Part shown: in pieces, positions 59,016 through 64,000 of the stretch | Layout: the number at the start of each line of letters is the position of its first letter | How positions within the stretch are numbered: position 1 is the stretch's first letter | From: a virus | Taxonomy: Duplodnaviria; Caudoviricetes | Strand: one strand, 5' to 3' | Length of the DNA: 64,000 bases | IMG/VR virus record: IMGVR_UViG_3300020576_006967 | Location: 124,934-188,933 of that record | Position numbers and translations under genes: made by a program | The notes under the pieces: model-generated | What the model saw: the letters and a program-made list of their open reading frames with translations, nothing else | The model's database searches: none | What the model was told of the DNA's origin: nothing

Positions 59016-59918
59016 TTATTCAAAAATGGCGACCAATTTTTTCACTGAGATGTTTTCGTCAAGGCCTTCCATAAGTTCGAGGAATGCTTTGGCACGTACA
59101 TTTGTTGCGCCTGATTTTTCGATTGTTTCTTTTACTGCAGCCAATTTATCTTTTAAAGATTTCGGCTTGATAGTTTTCACGTGAGATGCTGTAGCTTTCT
59201 TTGGAGCTTTACCAGTTTTTTCAGCTTGCAGCTGAGCTTCGAACACTGCTTCTTCTACAGCTTTTATTTGTTCTTCAGGAGTTTTAATCTCACGGGTAAT
59301 GGCAAGTACTGCGTTGGATGAAATTTCGTTATTGTGGATGAGGGTTTTAATTTCCTCAGGTAATTTATTTAGGGAGAGGATGTTATAAACATTGGCAACC
59401 GATTTGATGCCGAAGCTTTGTTGTAATTGTTTGATGGCATCTCCACGTTTAAGGCCTTTTGAATTTTCCAATTCTGAGATCACACGCTCAAACAAGTTTG
59501 CTTTTTCCAGGTCGGTTAAAGGTTGTTTGCCTTGGCCAGTAACGCCCATGATCATGAGACGCTCAAGCATTGTGTGACCAGAGGTGCGGAAAGGAACTTG
59601 AAGAATTTTTGAAATATCTTCGAAACCAGCTTTACCAGCGGCGTGGTTTATGTGTGCTAATTTAACAGCACGTAGACGGCGATGACCTTCGGTGAGAATG
59701 AATGTTCCATTCTTGCGGAAACCAAGCAATGCTTCGTAGATTCCGTTTTGTGCAATGTTAAGGGCTAGGCCATTGATATCACCGTAATTTGATTCTTCAC
59801 GTTGATTAAAGCCTTCTTCTACTTCAACAAGACGGTAATCAACATTCATTACATCGGTCTTTGTGGTTTTAAGGAACTCGGTTTCTTGGGTATTTGTTTT
59901 TGTGGCGATTTCTGACAT
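59016..59918 (-). CDS. ParB/RepB/Spo0J-like protein
   Basis: FNQRE..LALNIAQNG..LTEGHRRLRA..LTDLEKA. Confidence 0.8.
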   Translation of the reverse strand: MSEIATKTNTQETEFLKTTKTDVMNVDYRLVEVEEGFNQREESNYGDINGLALNIAQNGIYEALLGFRKNGTFILTEGHRRLRAVKLAHINHAAGKAGFEDISKILQVPFRTSGHTMLERLMIMGVTGQGKQPLTDLEKANLFERVISELENSKGLKRGDAIKQLQQSFGIKSVANVYNILSLNKLPEEIKTLIHNNEISSNAVLAITREIKTPEEQIKAVEEAVFEAQLQAEKTGKAPKKATASHVKTIKPKSLKDKLAAVKETIEKSGATNVRAKAFLELMEGLDENISVKKLVAIFE

Positions 59919-60401
59919 TTTGCTTTTTTTAATTGTTATACGTTTTATTTGTTTAAAGGTTTCATTATTTTAAACATGATTAAGCCACTGGCTGGGTTTT
60001 GAATTTTTTGCAATATCTTCCTTGGCTTTGGCGAAGCTTTCCACAATTGTTTTGGCAACTTCTTTAGAATTTTCATTCCTGCCGTCGGTGCGATATTCAT
60101 CAGAGGCTATGTATTCAATTTGTGATAGCATTACACGGAACATATTTTGTTGAAGAGTACGGTGTTGGCGAGAGAAGGCATTTTGGAAGCCTTTGGCTTG
60201 GTCTTCATGTGAGAAGTTATTTACCAGATCAGAGAATTGGTCTAGTAATTTAAACCACTTCTCGTCTCTTTGACGTTCTTTTTCAAACTTTTCATACTCG
60301 GCTTCTTGCCTTTGGTGTTCTTGTTCAGATGTTAATTCTTTGTTGTCGCTCATGTTTTTTTGTTTTATAATGTTATAGGGATTGATTTAAAAAAAGAATA
60401 T

Positions 60402-61496
60402 TTATTCGTCGTCATCATCTCCAGCAAGTTCTTCTTTATAAACCAGCTGAGTTAATTTACATTCGGCGATTGATACCACAGTCCTTTCTTTGATGTATTT
60501 AGACTGAAAGATTGCGTTTGTACCTTTGTGGGCGTAAAGATATTCAGCTTCAACAACTTTGTCAAGAGCTGGTATTTCTTTATTGGCTGGGATTGTAATT
60601 TTGCCAACACTGGTACGATTGCCATTCTCATCAATAAGCTCAAGGCCAACACTACGTTTTCCTTTAGTATGATTACCAACAATAAAGCTGGCGGTCTTAT
60701 ACCATTTAAATTTGAGCTGGTCTCCGCCGCTGTTTGGTCTACCTGCTTTATATTCGCCGTCTTTATCTTTTCCAACAAAGCCTTCGGCATTGCGAGCTTT
60801 AAGCTCATTATACATTGCCAGTTTTTCTTCTTTGGTAAATGCTGGTTTGGACAGGACAATGTTTTTATTGAATGGCAGTGTGTGGCCTGAAGCTAGAGCT
60901 AAAACTCTTTCTTTAAATCCATCACCTTTCATGTTCATTCCATGCCAAGACAATAAGTCAAACACAAATAATTTATCTCCAATGATTTCACAATCAATTT
61001 CGAATTCGTGTTGAGGTAGAGCATTAATAAGAAAATCAGGTAAAGGAACGGCTGTGCCCAATTTATTTCCGCCAGTGATTCCATTGGCGTTACGAATAAC
61101 TGTACGGCGTTGACCGTTATGTTTTTCTTGCATAACATAGCGATTATCGTTTATGATAATCATTGGGTCTTGAACTTCGTTTAGAAGTTGTGGGAGAAGA
61201 ACAATTTCTTTTTTCTCTTGAGCTGGTGTAAGAGAAAATCCAGCTTCTGCATCTGTTTCACCGCCAGTATATTGTTTTTTAAGACGTTCCTTTGTCATGG
61301 AATCAAAAATCTTTGTTGCTTCTGCTAAGGTAACAGGAGTTTGTGTTTTGGTTTCTGCTTTAAGGTTTCCACCAATAGCTCCGTATTGGAATTCTACAAT
61401 GTGGCCAGCTTCAGTTTCTATGAGCTGGAAATGGTATTCTTTATTTGACCTTGCATCTTGGAATTTCCAAGAAGATTTACGTAGGATGTTTCTCAT
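60402..61496 (-). CDS. WGR-domain ATP-dependent DNA ligase
   Basis: N-terminal WGR-like SNKEY..YGAIG..KKQY; ligase motifs EKHNGQR, EIDCE, FDLL, EGFVGK and KFK; OB-like C-terminus. Confidence 0.8.
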   Translation of the reverse strand: MRNILRKSSWKFQDARSNKEYHFQLIETEAGHIVEFQYGAIGGNLKAETKTQTPVTLAEATKIFDSMTKERLKKQYTGGETDAEAGFSLTPAQEKKEIVLLPQLLNEVQDPMIIINDNRYVMQEKHNGQRRTVIRNANGITGGNKLGTAVPLPDFLINALPQHEFEIDCEIIGDKLFVFDLLSWHGMNMKGDGFKERVLALASGHTLPFNKNIVLSKPAFTKEEKLAMYNELKARNAEGFVGKDKDGEYKAGRPNSGGDQLKFKWYKTASFIVGNHTKGKRSVGLELIDENGNRTSVGKITIPANKEIPALDKVVEAEYLYAHKGTNAIFQSKYIKERTVVSIAECKLTQLVYKEELAGDDDDE

Positions 61497-61589
61497 ATGG
61501 TTATAGGGATTAAATTAAAAAAAGAATATTAATGAAAAAAGGCCATCAGAATAAACCGATGACCTTTTTAAAACAAAACTAACAACAAG

Positions 61590-61663
61590 TGAAAAGGACA
61601 TGGAGTCGAACCAGTGACACAAATGGGTTCAGCATTTTGCTCTACCACCTGAGCTACCTCTTC
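61590..61663 (-). tRNA. tRNA-Phe(GAA), slightly non-canonical
   Basis: GAAGAGG/CCTTTTC acceptor, GCTC-AGGTGGTA-GAGC D arm, AAATG-CTGAACC-CATTT anticodon arm and TTCGACT T loop. No encoded CCA. Confidence 0.75.
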
Positions 61664-64000
61664 ATGTATTAAATATAGAAATAACACATTTTAAAATCAA
61701 GTCTTTTCGAAAACAAAGTTGTTTTTTAAAAAGGTTCCACTGAATGATCCAAAACAAGTTTTTTCTCCAACAAAGAACATCTTGATTTTCATGGAATCAT
61801 CTTTGTTTATTTTTGATTTAACTTTAAATTTAAAGTCAGTCATCAACCTTCCAATCTCATCTTGTTTAAGTTTTCTTCCAAACACTTTTAAGATAAGCAT
61901 AGCGGCTCTTAAGTTCTTTGCTTTTTTAATTAATTTCAACATCTCAGATGAGCTGCCAAAAGAATTCAATTTGTTTATTTTTATATGTAATGCTTCGAAT
62001 AAAACTTTGGCCTCTTCTTTTGAGGTCATATAAATTCTGCCATGGGACATGGTTTTTGAGATGACTTCAACACTGTACTTGTCATATTCTCTGATCATCA
62101 TCAGCGACATATACTCTTTGTTGTTGTAATCAATAAATTCTTCAGCTAATATTTTAAAATCGGTGTTCATAAGTTCGTATGCTATTATAGGGAGAGTTGT
62201 TTAAAAAGAATATTAAACAATCGTTTGTTGAAATCCTTATGCAATTAATATTTTTATTTTTTTTACAAGACAAAGTAGATCATTTTAACAACTCCTTTGT
62301 CATCAGTGTGAACCTCTAGACCAGAGTTCTGGGCAGTTCTCACATCTTCTTTACCAAAGACATTGATGAATTCGGTTCCCAATTTATGGTTGCTTACAAT
62401 GAAACACTTTGAAGCTCCTTGGGTTGTTTCTGCAGCTCTGTTGTCTTCCAGACGCATGATCATCTTTCGCATTACAGGAACTGTGTCATCTCTGTGAGTG
62501 GCCACAGCTGGCAGGCGATACTTAAACAACTGGTTCATAACCAATTGGAAGCTCTTGTATGTGTCTGGGAACGATTTCTGTTCCAAATTGTGGTGTTGTG
62601 CCATTTTTTAGAAGTTAAGTTCTTTTAGTTTTTCTTTTATGTACTCGCTTTGAGTGTCTTTGTTTTTAAAGATCGTATCAAGATTGTCGGCAACTTTATC
62701 AGGTTCTTGAATTCCTGAGACACAAGCACTTCCTTCAATGGTTGCGCCAAGTTCACCTTTGTCATCCCAGTCTTCACTGTCATAATCAACAACAACGATT
62801 TTTACATTTGGGTTGTTTGAGCTTACAGCGGTCACCAGACCACCTTTGCACTCTACGAGTATTTTAATTTCTTTATCCATGATATTATAGGGATGAGATT
62901 TAAAAAAGAATATTTTACTTACAGTTCCTCCAAAGCTTGAAGTAGAGAAATTCCATCTTCGATTGTAATTAGCTCATCATCAAGAGCTTGTTGGATTGGA
63001 AGAACATCTCCAGCGATGTCGATGGTACCATCTTTGAACACCTTGTTGATCTGTTCATCTTCAGTGTGTTGGTTGAAGAATGGGAAGTCATCTCCGTCTT
63101 CGAAGTTTTTGTTTACACGAATGAGGTTCCATTCGATGGCTTGAGCAAGTTGCATCCTTAGGTGTTGCAAGTCTTGTTCGAATTGTGCGGCGTATTTTAT
63201 TTTGCTCATATTAAAATTCGGTTAATTTTTTTCCTTCGATATATCCACCGTTACCAGTAAAGATTGCTTTGCGACCAAACACAAATTCATCGGCAGCGAT
63301 TACGAATTCATCCAGATAATTACATTCAGGGTTTTGATCCAAGAAGTCTTTCATGTCCATTGGATCACCATTGCCATCGTTAAACACGGCTTTCATAGCT
63401 TTAAATTTTGCTGGTGATATACCATGTTCTTTTCTTTCAGCTGTGCTGAGGTTTTCGATCATACTAAGAGCATCACCAAATAACTCGAAATAGGCATCAG
63501 CCTCGCTGTCATGTAGTTCAGGGCTTGGTTTACCATTATCATCGGTGGCACATTGATGTCCGTCTACGATGGTATCATATGCAACGATAAATTTATCTTT
63601 TAAGTCTTTCATGAGAATATAGGGATGGGTTTAAAAAAAGAATATTTTAATAATCTGTATCAAAGACTTTGAAGTATTTTTTGTGTTTCCATTCTGTATA
63701 GTCCTGTACAGTTGTATCCATTCTAACAAGTCGGATGGTATCAGTTTTCCTGTCATATATTTTCACACGTTCAACGGTGAAGACCATGTTATAACTTGTT
63801 TTCCATTCATTAACAAGCTCAACCCTTTTATAGGTTGAGCATGAGGTGAATAGAATAAGAATTAAAAACAGTTTTTTCATTTAGAACTTTTGTTTAGAAT
63901 AAACTTTTGCTCTTTCTAAGGCATCTTCTTTTTTTGCGCAAGATGTTGAGAATTTTTCTCCAATCACAGCATACTTATGACTGATCATGTACTCTGAAGT

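Noticed and set aside
1-64000. Stop-codon reassignment (TAG or TGA recoding)
   Set aside because: Long recognisable genes are intact in the standard code, and all three stops end closely packed ORFs.

Overview
AT-rich, gene-dense segment of what appears to be a large (jumbo-type) phage genome. TTG-N20-TAnnTTTG promoters point to a Bacteroidota host. It is an accessory region of mostly small hypothetical ORFs: mainly + strand from 0.1 to 45 kb and mainly - strand from 45 to 64 kb, with a largely non-coding, repeat-rich stretch at 50.2-52.9 kb. Recognisable products include a TerD-domain protein split in two by a free-standing homing endonuclease, an ABC-type ATPase, Thg1, an RNA-ligase-like nucleotidyltransferase, a DEDDh exonuclease, a tail-tube-like protein, a patatin, a saccharopine-dehydrogenase-family enzyme, an ECF sigma factor, a voltage-gated cation channel, ParB-like proteins, a WGR-domain DNA ligase, HNH nucleases and tRNA-Phe. 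The most striking signals are: (1) a promoter-to-terminator array of six covarying structured RNA units (GG-CCAT...TACTTC...AATTA-CC) at 5.2-5.9 kb, 1.8 kb downstream of the TerD-domain gene; (2) a 707-bp integron-like attC cassette inserted precisely at an AAC inside a phage gene; (3) two 29-bp phage promoter classes suggesting an early to ECF-sigma to middle cascade with many leaderless mRNAs; (4) about 20 small proteins sharing an N-terminal M-E-V-L-x-I-D-E-W-L tag. All product calls come from motifs read by eye, not from database searches.
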